DNA of 64,000 nucleotides from Ramazzottius varieornatus (GCA_001949185.1 BDGG01000002.1:4578448-4642447); one strand, 5' to 3'; numbered from the stretch's first letter, positions 12,446 through 27,750 are shown. The notes: generated by a model from the letters alone, not told the origin. A program made the numbers and translations.

Positions 12446-13642
12446 TACGTTTGTGCTACGAAATTATCGCGCACTCATCCGCTTGAACAGTAAATGATGC
12501 CCGGGTGAGAGCCGGAAATGCTAGACTGATAACATCTGATCAAACTAGGCAACGATGACTTTTATCACGTGGCCGAGTGCGCTATAATTTGATAGCACCA
12601 CAGTATGTTTTCCAATCTCATCAATTCGGTTCAACTCGTGCAGCATACAGCTTGACACAGCTTACAACTGCAAGGCCGCTCTCAGAATGTTCACTGAGTC
12701 AATTCCCGGAATATGGTCCGCTCTGTCGTGGTGAATGTTTTAGATGTATTTAATTTGGATCGGTATCATTAATAGTGGAAATATTTATGTGAAAAGAATC
12801 ACATAAAATTCGATGCTCATATTTCCGCAAGACCTGGTTCTTCTTGTTGTACCAAAACATTTATAAACAATTCGCGGAAGATAGAATTCATCGCGTCGCT
12901 CTTCGCAGTTTTATGTCAGCCACATTGAGGGAGAGGGACACCGAAATGGCTGCGATGCCGGCTGAAGTAACGCGTAGCAGGTCGTTGGTAGGATACTTTA
13001 GCAATGCGACAAATGATTGCACTCTCGAGCTGAACCGGTTGGACTGCGGTGGGAAGGAGCTGGTCCAAGGTGAAAATCCTCAGGCAACCGCAGGGTTCTT
13101 GTAGTTTACTGCGCGAGGTTGCTAATGACCTTCCCGAACATGAGGACGCCGTACTGCAAAACGGAGTACCCACTGAATATTCCACACTGTGTCGCCCACC
13201 CGGCAAACCACTATACCGCCCGAAATTCATCGAGGTTTTCGAGAGGCCAGTGGGTATTTTGTAATAAATTCTCTCTCTCTCTCTGTCTCTCTGTTGTTCG
13301 TATTGGCAGACTTATTGTATAATTATTCGGCCAGTGCGGTCGGATACAAGGAAACCTTGTGCATTCAACTTATTGTTGCTGTGATGACGAAGCCACTTGC
13401 GCTACTTTCTGTACGCCACGAGGATGTATCGTATGTCAGTCAACGAGTTCCACTACCTATTTCAATTGTTGTGGTACACACCTTGCACTCTCTACCTGTA
13501 TAATCGAATACCGTACTCGAGCATTGACTCCTGCATTTTATTCTTATTTTCCAGCAGTGCCTGTTGACGAACACAGCACAGGATATTATGCTCGACAACG
13601 ACCCGACTGGAAGCGAGATCCCGAACTACTTAGAACGAGCCG

Positions 13643-16600
13643 ATGGTCTCGAAGCTCAAAATGGACATCCGGATTAATTTAGGTAAGACAATGCTCGCTG
13701 TCGAGTCCCGCGTGAATCAAGTTCCCGTTTGTGGCATCACGTGAATGATTCCGGCAAATAAACTCGACCACAACGTTTTTCTAAGTGGTGCACGTTATCA
13801 GTGACATTGGCTAGCGACGCGCGCCACTTGGGAGAACAATATGATCAAGTTTGTTTGCTGAGCTCTTACTTGTGTGCTGTATTTTCCGCAGGATCCGCCT
13901 GGACTTTCCTGGTCCTTGTGGGGTTATGCAGCGCGAGATTCCATCAGGTCGACATTTCTAACTTGGTGCAAGACACAGAGCCCGAACTCAATCATACCGA
14001 TATGAACACCTACGTCAAAACATGGCTGACACAGGTTTACAACCCGGCTGCCCAACTGGTCACTCAGGCGGACTCCGAAACTCAATGGGACTACAACGTC
14101 AATATTACCGATGACAACCAGGAAGCTACGGTAGGATTTCTTTCTCGTAGGAGTTCGTGGTTTAGATGTTTTTATTTTCACTGCTTTGTCTGTAGTTACT
14201 GGTGTCGGCGCAGAGTGCAAATTTCACGAGAGTCATGGCTACACAGCTCAAGAAGTTTGATTTGAACGCCAGCGACGCCACCATCAAGCGCTTGCATAAG
14301 AAAATCACCGAACTTGGCATTGCGGCACTTCCGGACGATGATATTCGGGAAATCAATAAAATTATTGCTGACATGACGGCGGTGTTTTCTACGGCTGGTG
14401 TTTGCATGAACGAAGCAATTACAGACCCTAAGGCATGTCCAAAAGCCGACTTCATGCCACTTGATCCAAGTATGAAACCTTTCAACGAAATACAAACTCA
14501 ACCTGGTTCAACTGAAATAATTATCTTGTGGCTTAAGTTTTAATCATCTTCATGACATACAAAACTGGAGGACAGAACTTGGGAACTGGGCAAATGAATC
14601 GACCCGGGATCGTTTTCCAAGCGGCGCGCGGTTTCAACCAGTAACTATAGAAGCGTGCGCCACTTGCCAAAACGATCTAATTCATTCCATTTTCTGACGT
14701 CCCATTTAGTACTCTTTCCTGGTCCTGATTGCGCTATTGTTCTCCAGACATTACAAACTTCTTACGGGAGTCTCGGGATACACGCAAGCTACGCTACATC
14801 TGGAAAGCTTGGAGAGATGCTACTGGAGCCAAGATGCGCAAGAATTTCATCCGATATGTGGCTATCAAGAATAAGGCTGCAAAGCTAAACGGTGATATCT
14901 TGAGTTTTATCGTTTGTAACCGAAAATTTTGCACACTGGCCTTGCAATCCAGATGTGCTTTTACAGGATATGCGGACAGTGGCGTCTCGTGGCGAGCCAA
15001 CTATGCCGAGCCAGCACTGAACTACACGGACACCGATGTCCTTCGGGATCTCGAGGGCTTGTGGCAACAGATACGCCCGCTGTACATGGACCTTCATGCG
15101 TATGTGAGGCGGAAGCTTATGGAGAAGTATCCGACGGAGAACATCCGCAAAGACGGCCCCATTCCAGGGCATCTACTCGGTTGGTGAATCCCACAAATTT
15201 CCCCGATGAAATACAGCATGGAATATTTCCCCGATGGAATATCTTCCCGATGCAATCAAAGTTTTGCAAGTGTAGCTGGCGTTTGCAGGAAATATGTGGG
15301 GTCAATCGTGGGAAGGCGTGTTGAATTTCACCCAGCTGTTCCCTGACAAACCAAAGATCGACGTCACGGACGAGATGAAACGTCAGAACTACACAGTGGA
15401 CCGAATGTTTCGTCTGTCCGAGCAGTTCCAGACCAATATTGGACTAAAGCCCATGCCGCCAGTCTTCTGGAATGCCTCCATGTTTGAACGACCGGAAGGC
15501 CGGGAAGTTGTGTGTCATGCGTCTGCTTGGGACTTTTACCGCAACTCGGAAGTCAGGTATGATACTGTACCTCACTGCGCTTCGGAATCTCCTGTAACAG
15601 TGGCTAACTTGGTTGCGGTTCACATTACGAGCTGTTTTATTCATTACTTTAGGATAAAGATGTGTACTGACATCAATATGCAAGATTTGATTACAATTCA
15701 CCAGTAAGTGCAGACGAAGGTAGTGGTTGAGTCTTGAGAGTATTTTTTTAATCGGTCTGTGCGCCCTCTAGCGAAATGGGACACATCCAGTACTTCCTCC
15801 AGGTCAGTCTTCTCTCATATGTCCGCTGTAATGGCCTCTCGGAGGCATTGTATGCATGATAGCATCTTTTTGCAGTACGAGAATCAACTGATGCCATTCC
15901 GAGAAGGAGCCAATTCAGGCTTCCACGAAGCAGGTACGCTGAAAACGATCAACGTGAAGCTAACTTAGTTTTCGGCTTGGAACAACAGTCGGCTACCCAA
16001 CGTTATGCCTGTCTGCGTTTTTTTAGTTGGTGACACCCTTGCTCTTAGTGTCAGCACTCCCAGACATCTAGCTTCAATTGGGCTGTTGAAAGATGATAAA
16101 AGTGATCCAGGTATGTGACGTGTTCTCTATTACGTGTCTTATAATGAAGTGCCAAAACTGTTACCCTGCAGAGACCGATCTGAACTTCATGTACTCCACT
16201 GCTCTGGAAAAGATCGTGTTTCTCCCCTTCGGATATATCATGGATCGCTATCGCTACGATGTCTTCTCTGGAAAAATAACCTCGGACCGGCTGAATGCCG
16301 GTTGGTGGGACTACGTGTAAGTGCGTCACATTAACCGAGCCCGACCAAATTTTACAAATGCAAATTTTACAGAAAGAAGTATCAAGGGATTGCGCCACCT
16401 GTTGAGCGCAGCGAGAAAGATTTCGACCCGGGATCGAAATACCACATTGCTGCGGACGTTGAATATATGCGGTACTTCGTCTCCTTCGTTATACAGTTCC
16501 AGCTCCACAAAGCACTGTGTAATGCTTCTGGACATACGGGTCCTCTGTACCAGTGTGACATCAATGGATCCAAGGCCGCCGGAAAATTGCTCGGGTTTGT

Positions 16601-16861
16601 TTTCCCCTAATCGTACTGATCAGTTGGACAGAACACTCCATTTTCCATGACATAAAGTTTAAATTTGCCTTTGGCAGCGACATGCTGTCACTTGGCTCAT
16701 CGCAACCTTGGCCTATCGCATTCGAAGCGGTCACCGGGACCCGGAAGATGGATGCCGGCGCTCTTCTCGAGTTCTTCGAACCTCTGACACGCCATCTTCA
16801 AGCCATCAACGCAAAGAACGGCGATCGTCCAGGATGGACCATTCATAAAGACGACTTTTGA
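13643..16861 (+). CDS. ACE: Angiotensin-converting enzyme (peptidase M2), single-domain and secreted
   Basis: Signal peptide, [37 protein letters not shown]|EMGH zinc motif, [27 protein letters not shown]. No C-terminal TM segment. Start exon inferred. Confidence 0.93.
13750..13862. repeat. Dispersed palindromic element, copy 2 (ACE intron 1)
   Basis: ggcaaataaactcgacc...ctaagtggtgca-N27-cgcgccacttggg. Confidence 0.75.
14579..14706. repeat. Dispersed palindromic element, copy 3 (ACE intron)
   Basis: gatcgttttccaagcggcgcg-N27-tgcgccacttgccaaaacgatc. Confidence 0.8.
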
Positions 16862-17861
16862 TCGTTCGACCGAAGGATTCATATCTTCCGGCATGTAACT
16901 TTACTGTATAATGTTTCCTACCTACTACATTGCAAAAGTCGATATTATCCCAGCACCTTTTCAATTTTTACCATTTCACAAAATCGTCAGATCAAAACGT
17001 TCCTGGCTGCAAACTTTGTGCCAAAAGTTGCGGCGCTGGTTTTCTGTTCCAGAATATTGTCGAAAAGTTTTTTCTTTCTTGTAAGATACCGAAGACTTTG
17101 GCGAGGCTCCTAAGCATGTTCCTCTCCATCAGAACCGCTTCAGATAGGCTTCGTACCCCCCACACGTCACCAGAGGGAGATTGCAGCGCCGGTGGTACTT
17201 GAGATTCTCCAGGTCTCGTATACGGAGGACAAGAGCAATAAACAGAGAGCGTGGCGACTGCGGAACTTCAAGGCTCAAGCAGACTTTACAAGGGTCTACC
17301 ATGTTAACGAAAGTAAAGTGTTTGAAATTTCAAGATCTAGTACCTACGTTCGAAGACATGCGCAAGAAACCGGTACCGTGCCCGTTTGGCCCTGGAAAGA
17401 AAGGGAAACCCACGATGAAGAACCGCATCAAAGACATGACACTGTGCCAAGATCCTGACGAGCTTCCGAACAGCTGAGTACCTCACTGTCAAGCCGGCAC
17501 AAATAAATCACTGCGGAAAAATGTCGGTCGACTGTCTTGGACGAACGTTTTCGTCGTTAGATCAGTACTCGTACCTTGTTTGCGAAAATATTTTTGACGT
17601 TTTTGGTAAGCTTCTCAAGTGGCTTGGTCGCGTGTGGCAGCCGCATCGCCTTACGCTGCCTGCAATTAACACCTTCCGGCACGATTAACGGTATAAATAT
17701 CAACTATAGCAACGTCCAAATGTTTCACCTTGCTGAATTCTGCTTCCCACTTCTGGCTAACAGTTGAGAGGTAGTTCCATACCTTCAACTGATTTATTAG
17801 CTTTTTTTCCTCGACCTAGCGTTCGTGTTAATTATATGCCGTTGACAACCCTCACTGTATC

Positions 17862-20421
17862 ATGGACGAGCTCTTCGTCGGCCTCGTCGTTTTCTTCTTA
17901 ACCATGCTAGTCATGTGGGCAAGGTAATACCAGCAGGGATATCAAGGGGCTGTCGCTTATTTCTCGAACTTTCTGCTCTCTCACTCGATCTGGTCATTCC
18001 CTGAAACGATTTTGTCAAATCCCTTTCTGTCCGTTTGCAGGTCGCGTCTCCAAGCGCTCTCCACTTTTAAGAGGATGAGCATCCCTGGTCCCAAACCAAG
18101 TTTTTTTTATGGAAACACCGACGAAGCATGGAGTCAAAAGGTGCGGAGGTTTGCAGAGCAGTCCACTAAACAAAACATTACAACTCAAAGGTCATGGATG
18201 CCGGTTAGGTTTCTAAACTTTTCTTTTACTTGTTGACAGAAACCTTGGCTTGCGGTAGATAAGTGGTACAAGGAACACGGCAGGATCTTCGGATGTTTTC
18301 CGATGGGCATCCGTCCTACCATGGTGGTCGGCGATCCTGAAATGCTGAAAGAAATCTTGATCAAGAATTTCTCCAATTTTCGAAATCGTCCAGTAAGCAA
18401 AATTCCGTAACCTGTTGCTCATCGATAAGAAAACGGACCCACTAACCCGTTATTTGATGTAGGCTTTGGGTCCTCCACGTGGAGAGCCGGGTGCCAGCTC
18501 GCTCACAACCCTTCGCGGTGAGCGATGGAAACGGGTCAGAAATGTCATATCGCCCACCTTCACATCCAAGAAGCTGCGCCAAATGTCGGATGGGATGACC
18601 AGTGCGGCTTCGACGTTCACCGCGCTTCTGCAGAAACAGACAGAGGAGAAGAATTCCTTTGATATCTACGGGTAAATCCACTTGCATAACTCCCTTTGCG
18701 AATATTCAGCGAACTGTTATGGCTTACAGCGCAACCTTACATACGACACGTGCATGTCTTTTGTTTCCAGAATGTTCCAGGCTTTGACGCTAGACGTCAT
18801 CGCGCAAGCGGCCTTTGCTCTCAAAGTTGACAGTCAAACCAATCCAGATGATGCCCTGTTGACAGTTTGCCGGGCTCTGTTCAAATCCTTCTTTGGACCG
18901 ATGATGAAAGCGCTGCGTAAGACCATCGTCAGCCTTCTAGATAAGCCACCAGAACAGACATCACATGTATTCAAAAACACTCAAAAAATAATTTGGGGCG
19001 TCGGCAAACACAGTCAGCACGATCGTTTACCAAAGTGGCGCACATCTCCGGCTAACAGCAATTAGACATGCGCCACTTTGCATACAAGACCATGTTCAAT
19101 CATTTGCCGACGTCCTGTCCAAAAAATTCATTCCATTCGAAAATATTCAATCCGAAGAAGACTTATAATTTGTACAAAGACAAAGGCAGACGCATATGAC
19201 AGATTACTTCTTCATAGTTCTTTTCCCCGAACTGGGTGCTTGCTTTGGTGCCCTTCTTCGGGCTCGTTCCACTGCAACAGCGAAAGAGTTCTACGTCATC
19301 ACCCACATGAAGGAAGTATTAAGCGAGCGACAGAAGAACCCGGGCCTGAAGGGAAACGACATGATTCAGCTGATGATGGACGCCACCGACGATATTCAGG
19401 TCGACCTGGCCAAAGCGAGGGTCTCCGTCAACATGCCAAGTCACGATGGCCCGGGTGCGCCCGAAGGGACCATGAGGCTGTCGAGAACAATGACAAAGCT
19501 GAAGAGCTCAAAGTATCTGACAGAGAACGAACTGATCGCCAATTGCTTCGTCTTTCTTCTGGCTGGCTATGAGACTACAGCCAACGCCCTGGCTTTCACG
19601 ACTTACCTTCTAGCAAAACATCCAGAAATTCAGGAGAAACTTCACGATGTGATTGTGGCCGCTATGGATACGGCAGAGAACGTCAGCTTCGAAGACAGCG
19701 CGGCCAAACTTCCGTATTTGGACGCGATCATCAAAGAGTCCCTTCGGCTGTTTCCTCCCATAACAGGGTAAATACTAGCATGCTCAATAAAACTTATGGG
19801 ATTATTTTGTTTTGCATTCGAATAATTACTTTGGCACATTCTACCACAGGTTCGTCATGCGCGAGTGCGGTGAGGAATGTCGAGTAAACGGAATCGTCAT
19901 TCCCGCTGGCATGGCCATCCACGTTCCTGTCTGGTCTTTGCATCACGATCCGGAATTTTGGCCCGATCCGTACACTTTCAACCCGGAAAGATTTATGCCT
20001 GAAAATGCAAGCAAGATTCAACCTATGACTTTCATGGCCTTCGGTGAAGGTCCGCGTAACTGCATCGGGCTGAGGTATGGCAGTTTCGTCCTTTGCTTCG
20101 TACCTTGCAATCGTACCAAAACAACCCTTGTCGGTACATTCAGAGCTGCTCAAGTAATCAAGACTTTGTTTCAGTTTTGCTTTGATGGAAATCCGGATAA
20201 CATTAGCAATGACGCTACGGAAATTTCGGATCAAACCACCCAGCGGACAGGTTTGTCAACGAGCAAGCAACAACTTCCGACCGCGATCGTGCAGTGCTTT
20301 ACTATATACCCCAATCTTTTATGTCGTATAATAGTATGAGCTGGATTTGGAAAGTCCGTTCGTGACTATGAATCCTAAGAATGGAGTCATCGTTGAACTT
20401 GAAGAAAGAAAACTGGACTGA
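17862..20421 (+). CDS. Cytochrome P450, clan 3 (CYP3A/CYP5-like)
   Basis: N-terminal anchor, IPGPKP, GERWKRVRNVISPTF, AGYETT, ESLR, PERF and heme motif FGEGPRNCIG across multiple exons. Confidence 0.92.
18991..19117. repeat. Dispersed palindromic element, copy 4 (CYP intron)
   Basis: ggcgtcggcaaa...aagtggcgca-N26-tgcgccactt...tttgccgacgtcc. Confidence 0.8.
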
Positions 20422-21002
20422 ACTAAATACTGGATTGATTTCCGGAGCGGGGAGTTAGCTTCTTACGCATGTGCTGCAAGCTGACTTTCATGAGCGAGCA
20501 TTTTTGATGTCATACATTTTGCTTCGCATATGTTTTGGCCCACTTCATCACGCAGAGAAAAGAGAACAACTCTTCAGTTACTAGGAAAATAAATCCCGTA
20601 GTCCTTATCGTCATCGCATCTACTGGTCCACTTGATGTCATTTGCAAGCAGTCCTTTGTAAAATCGAATCCATTGTTAATGACGTTGCGCCGCTCAATAA
20701 GCTCTCAAACAGTCATGCCTCGTCGGCGAAAGAATCCTTTGAAAACGTTTAGGCCGCTAATCAACTGTTAAACTAAACGTCTCCCACATATGCCTCTTCA
20801 GGCTATGTAAAACTGGGATGAAACCAATCGACCAACTTCACAGCAGATTTATATATACAACTAGGAAAGAATGCTGCCAACATCACTTCATATTTTTCGG
20901 AACATGAAGTATTCCGTAGTACAATGCTCTCAGCAAAAATACCTTAATCTGTTTTCCTGTAGATAATGGAGTGCTTATCTTAAAATTGCACTGACTTCCC
21001 GT

Positions 21003-21886
21003 ATGGACCCAAACGCTGGATCCGAAAATCCGGCGTGGAACCCGGAAGCTTGTAGTTGTGATCGGTTCCCTATGTAAGTAACCGTGTCTTCTGTGAGTTC
21101 GTTATTCGACGGCGTCACAGACAGACTTTAATTCTTGAAGTTTGTAGAGTGGACTGAAATCACCACGTTTTGCGAGTTTCGTTTTAGACATTCGAAAACT
21201 TGGAATATAGACGCAATGAAAATAGCGCTTACCGCTTTACAGGTACGCGTACGCTCTGGAGCCGTGCGTCGAAACTCTTCCGCCGCATGCTACGGCCTCG
21301 GACAGTACAATGTACGACCTCGATGCGGTGACTGACGCACACAACAGAGATTTTGTTCAGTGGGGAGACGATCTTTCATCGTACGATTTTTTTGCCGGAA
21401 GTGAGCCGCGTCAAGCCGCCAACATTCGTGAGCGCAGGCGCATGCTCAGCATCAACAGCGCATTCGAGCAGCTCAAGAACCACGTGCCCACATTCCCCTA
21501 CGAAAAAAGACTTTCGAAAATCGACACTTTACGGCTAGCCATCGCATACATCGGATTCTTAGAGATGCTACGCGATACACCTGAGGACTCCATCAAATTG
21601 ATCGAGAAAGGCTTGGACGGAAGTCTCAACGAACACGACCCTTCATCCTTGTGGGCAACCAACGGTGAGCGCGGCTTGTCTTGTTCTTACTACTGCCAAC
21701 TGTTTTCCATTTCAAGAATTATATTCTGGGTTTTCGGGCAAGACTTACTGGTCAGTTTTTCGTATGTCTGCAGATCTGACCGCTCGTCTGGCATGGATCA
21801 ACTGGGACCGACTAGGACTATCTTCCCACTCATATTACGACCTAGTGGCTCGTTTGGCAAACCGTCCATCGTACCCAAAGCCCTAG
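21003..21886 (+). CDS. Fer2: bHLH transcription factor, Fer2 (48-related 2) type
   Basis: Exons 21003-21073, 21243-21664, 21774-21886. [48 protein letters not shown] plus the C-terminal [11 protein letters not shown] motif typical of Fer2. Confidence 0.85.
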
Positions 21887-22335
21887 ACAACAAAAGCATA
21901 AACTACAAGGAGATTCCAGAGAAATTACTGGATTATTAGAACACATAACACATATAACAACACATGGAAAAACCAAATTGGATTGTTTTGTTTTTGTGGT
22001 AATAGTGAGAAAAGCTGTTTGGACTCGGTAAGCACCATGCTGCTTATTTCGCATAAGATTGAAACACGTCGAAGTCCGAAACGAATGCGTCAAGGGGAAA
22101 TCGACCTAAATGGAATAAAAACGAAACGGGATAAGAAGGAGAATGGAGTGACAAAGGCAAAATGATTGATATGAAAAGCTACTGTCATAAAAAAACGATT
22201 CGACGGCATCAAGGTCTTCACGGTGGGTTCTCCTGAGCGATCAATCCACACACCGCCTAAAACGTAAACATGTGAGAAAAGTATGCAAACTTGTCCAGTT
22301 CGATTTACGGAACTTGTTCCGACTCTCAACCTACG

Positions 22336-23421
<1,086 letters not shown>

Positions 23422-24078
23422 CTTCGAAGCTTGCCCGAACGGGATACCTGTAGAACAACAGCACCTCAGTGACAGGAGTCAGTTCAAAAGTAGAACTTCA
23501 TGGAAGTGCAGCTGAGTTAAGATTTTCATCGATCATCGCAGTGTGACTCAAGCTGACTCACCTGACGACGTTTACCTGGCGGGTCCGATGCGCTTTCTGA
23601 AGTCCAGCTACTTCCTGCTTCCCGGAGACTAGTCCACTGGGGCTCCCAATACTGACAGCACTTACTTCCTGCGGAGCGACGATGAACAGCAAAAGAACGA
23701 TGAGGTGCTCGTACGAAAATCTATCAACACAAAGTTACAAAATCAAATAACGAGCTGGCAACAAACAAGGAACATCTGAACATTGTTTCTGCGCCAAGGA
23801 CGGCAGAGCAGCCATGCACATACATACGATTCATTGCCGAAGTTTGCTGAATGAATGCCCATCGATTTATTGATTGTTCGCTACAAAATCATTGACGGAG
23901 CTCCGCCCATCGCTGCGTACGCTATCAGGAGATTGCGATGGATCACGAGCTTCGATCTTGAATTCTTGATTCTCGAAGCTCCATGGACGTCTCGGACTAT
24001 AATCGCTAAGTTCGTCCTTCTCGATGCATCGGGGTTTCCGCTTTGGATAATGCTGGGTGCTAGCTGGAGATCGGGACG

Positions 24079-26482
24079 ATGGCAAATAAGTTCGGGTTCA
24101 ACGCGCTGCTTTTCGCTAGATTCAAGTTGCTGCTTCCGGCGCTGTTTCCGCGGCCATGTGGAAGAACATCGCTGCTGTTTTTGCTCCTGTTTACCCTTGC
24201 TGTACTAGGTCTGTTGTAGTGGAACGTTTGCTACTGTTGACAAGACCGTAATGGACTTAATGGTGCACTGTTTCGTAGGCGAGTTCATCGCATACCAAGT
24301 GGGCATCGTTCCGAGCAAGTTTTACGCAGTTCTGGGGGAGAAAGATAAGCAAGGGTTCTACGCAACGTTCTTGGAAGCGTCGTTATATATTCTAGCCACT
24401 GCAATTGCAAGTACTTCTTAACAAAAAACCTCGCGTCTCGGAAACGTTGGCACTAGCTGTAACTGACACTGGTGTCGTTATTTCCACAGGTTCTGAGCGC
24501 AAAGCAGTATGTGGGCTCCTTCCTCAACATCTCGTGGCGCAAGCTCGTAACACGGAAACTCCACCGTCTATACTTTATGGACAAAGCGTACTACTTTCTG
24601 AACGTCTTGGACAAGAGCGTCGATAATCCGTGGGCTTGGATTTACTTCTTCTGTCTTGGACATGGTCCGAATAACCTAACTGTTCTCTTGCTTGCAGGGA
24701 CCAGCGTATTACGCAGGATGTCGACAAGATGTGCGACAAGCTCGGCACGATTGCGGCGACACTGATCATTGCTCCATTCCGCATCGCGTATTATTCCTAC
24801 AAGTCTTTCATAACGTAAGGTTTTCAGTTTTTTTGCTCTTCAATAGTCGCTGTGGATGAATGCAGGAGCTCGCAGAAGAACTCGAAACCTTATAAGCGTG
24901 CCCTCCTGTATACAGGACTACCTATATCGGTCCTCTCGGGATATTCGGTTACTTTATCATCGGCACCATTGCCACAAAACTGCTGATGTCTCCCGTGATC
25001 AACTACGTTGTAAAGCAAGAGAAACGAGAAGGCGACTTCAGGTACGTCGCAGTAGCGAAGAACGCCAATCACTTCCGGCGGTCAAAGTTACTGTTGACTT
25101 TCCTGATGTACGCTAACTACGATGCTGATGATTTTGTTTAGGTTCAAGCACGTGCAAATCCGGACCAACGCAGAATCTTTGGCCTTCTATGACTGCGGTC
25201 ACCTGGAAGAAAGACGGCTAAATTCCCGTTTGTCCAAGCTCCTGTCCGTGGAACTGAATCTGACGAACTTTCAGCTACCTCTGAACTGTATGCTCTTCAC
25301 TTGTCGGGTACTGTGTGTCAATAGGTTTTCCTCCCGTTGCTTCGGTGGGACTTCATTGACTTTTTGTGTTATTGCAGTTTTCATAAACTTTTACACATAC
25401 TTTGGCGGGATACTTTCCCACCTGATCCTCAGCATTCCCATCTTCGCGGGTTACTACGATGCCCTCTCGCCAGCTGACCTAGGAGCATTGATCAGCGCCA
25501 ACGCTTTCGTTAGCATCTACCTCATATACAGCTTCACTTCCCTCGTGGACCTGTCCAAAGAAGCAACGGCCATCGCAGGGACAGCTCACAGAGTGGGAGA
25601 ACTTCTCGAGTATCTGAAGTCCTTGTCTGCTTTGAGCAATCGAGATCAAAAGATCACAGTTCGGACCGACGGCGAGAACTTCGCGTCGGACTTCCTCTTT
25701 CAGTTAGACGGAGTGACACTCACACCTCCTGCCCATCCACACCAAGTCCTAATTAGGGATTTGACATTAACCATAAGCAGAAATCACTCCATTATGATTT
25801 CTGGTCCGAGTAGTTCGGGGAAGACTTCCTTGTTGAGGTTGATCGCTGGTTTGTGGTATACAAATTCAGGGAGGGTGGATCGGCATTTCCTTCCACCTGT
25901 CTTGCCTTCGGACATAGTCTTCTTGCCACAGAAACCGTACTTCACTGATGGTAGTCTGTGGCAGCAGATAGCCTTCCCGCTGGAGGTGACCAGCGAGTTT
26001 GAAGACGAGGAAGCTGCGAAGGTGAAGCGGGCAGTGGAATTAGCTGGATGTGAAAAATTTCTCGATCGAGCTGGATTCGGGGACTCAAATGTCGGTCGCG
26101 ACTGGAGTGACGTGTTGAGTCCGGGAGAGATGCAGAGACTGATGTTCGCGAGACTGTTTTACCATAAACCAACCGTTGCATGTGAGTGATCAGCATTCCC
26201 ATCTTCGCGGGTTACTTGTATAATTGAATCCATTCAAGATCTGTTATTGCTCAAGATACCATTGTAGTTTTGGATGAAGCGACTAGTGCGGTGAGTTTAC
26301 AAGCCGAAGAAGAGCTGTACCGAGCATGTCGGGAGTTGAATATAACTTATATTAGCGTCGGACATCGGACAAGCTTAAGAGACTTCCACGACCTAGCTCT
26401 GGAGTTGGACGGTGAAGGAGGATGGCAGCTTTTCGAAGCTACCCAGAAGAACAACTCGGAGGAGCTGGAGCGAGCAGGATGA
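24079..26482 (+). CDS. ABCD4: ABC transporter subfamily D member 4 (lysosomal cobalamin exporter-like)
   Basis: YQVGIVPSKFY, DNPDQRITQDV, EGDFRFKHVQIRTNAESLAFY, Walker A GPSSSGKT, signature LSPGEMQRL, LDEATSA, SVGHR. Confidence 0.93.
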
Positions 26483-26819
26483 TTCCTGTCACGGCTGACA
26501 GTACACGTACGCGCGCGCGGGAGTGCTGGAACATTACGCGACACAGCAAGAAATCAAAACAAAATAACCAGTAAGCTCATAACGTGAGTGACATGACCCA
26601 GTGATTGTCTGTGATTTCTTCAAAATTTACCAAAACTCCGAATCAAACTGCATTTACAATGAAGAAGACTACAAAACCTGGCTAGCAAACTCTCTGATGG
26701 GAAATACTCCGTGGTTAGAACTTTAAGTGACACAAAACCAAGCTGGGAAGGTCAACACGTATACTCTATTCAGAAGGTAGCTATGGAAAAGTGGAAGAAA
26801 CTATTGAGAAGCGCAGGTT

Positions 26820-27750
26820 TTAAACCTTGTTGGCAGTAGCACTGGCTAGAAGGTTGACGAAGTCAGCAGCGAAACGATGGACATCCCCAGGCCAACGTGC
26901 TGACAGGTACTTTCCTTCCAGCAAAGCAAACCCGTCAGGCTTGGCGTCAGTGTCTTTGTGGAGAGGAATGGGGAAGCCAGGACCTTCCTCAAAGTCTTCT
27001 GGTAGAGCCAGGTGTTGCTTTACATCGTCTTCCATGTAGATTTCTGGGTACGTCATGAAGTAATCTCCCAGCCACAGACGAGTCAAGTTGTGGCAGGCCA
27101 TCTCTTGCCACTTGGTGAATCCGGTGGTTTTCTTTCCATAAAGGACCGATTTACCTGGTAGAAACACTTTTGAATGAAGGGAGACAGAGCGGTAAATCGG
27201 TCACCGGTTAATTGAACCTGTGACGTGACGTCAAAAGAGGAAAATCTAGGGATAGCCGACTTGCTTACCTTGCCTCCTGCTCCATAATCTTGCCTGTTTT
27301 GGGATGGACGCTTCGAGATGTCAACAGGACGCCACGACAAACAGCCGCCACTGGTTTCTCTTGGTCGAACATCTCCCCGATAACCTTCTGAACGATGGCA
27401 GATTCGAGGTACTCGCGAACGGGCTTGTCGTGACCACCAGGAAGGAAGATGGCATCGTAATCTTCGGATCGGATGTCAGTCCACGGCACTGGTTTCTGAA
27501 ACTCTTCGCTTGCTTCCATTTGATGATACAGATTTTGGGTGTCTTGGTCACAACCGAGTGTACTGGCTAGAAGTCCAAGATCTTTGCCTGTAAGGATACG
27601 CTCGTCAGCTCGCGCTGGTGTCCCGTCAGGAGTGGCGAAAACGACGGTATGCCCAGCAGCTTTGAGGTAGCTCCATGGCACCGATACTTCGGTAGGTTCA
27701 CATCCGTAGCGTGGCAGTGGCACCAAAATCTTGAGTCCCTTGGTTGTCAT
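26820..27750 (-). CDS. DJ-1/PfpI (class I glutamine amidotransferase-like) protein, bacterial-type, copy A
   Basis: Exons 27750-27294 and 27154-26820 (263 aa) joined by a GC-AG intron. EPTEV, VVFATPDG, LPGGH, AAVCRG nucleophile elbow, TGKSVLYGKKTT, YLSARWPGD. Confidence 0.88.

Noticed and set aside
17114-17507. Possible small gene or terminal exon between ACE and the CYP (ORF ending 17477 followed by AATAAA)
   Set aside because: I could not build a consistent start or splice model and recognised no homology.
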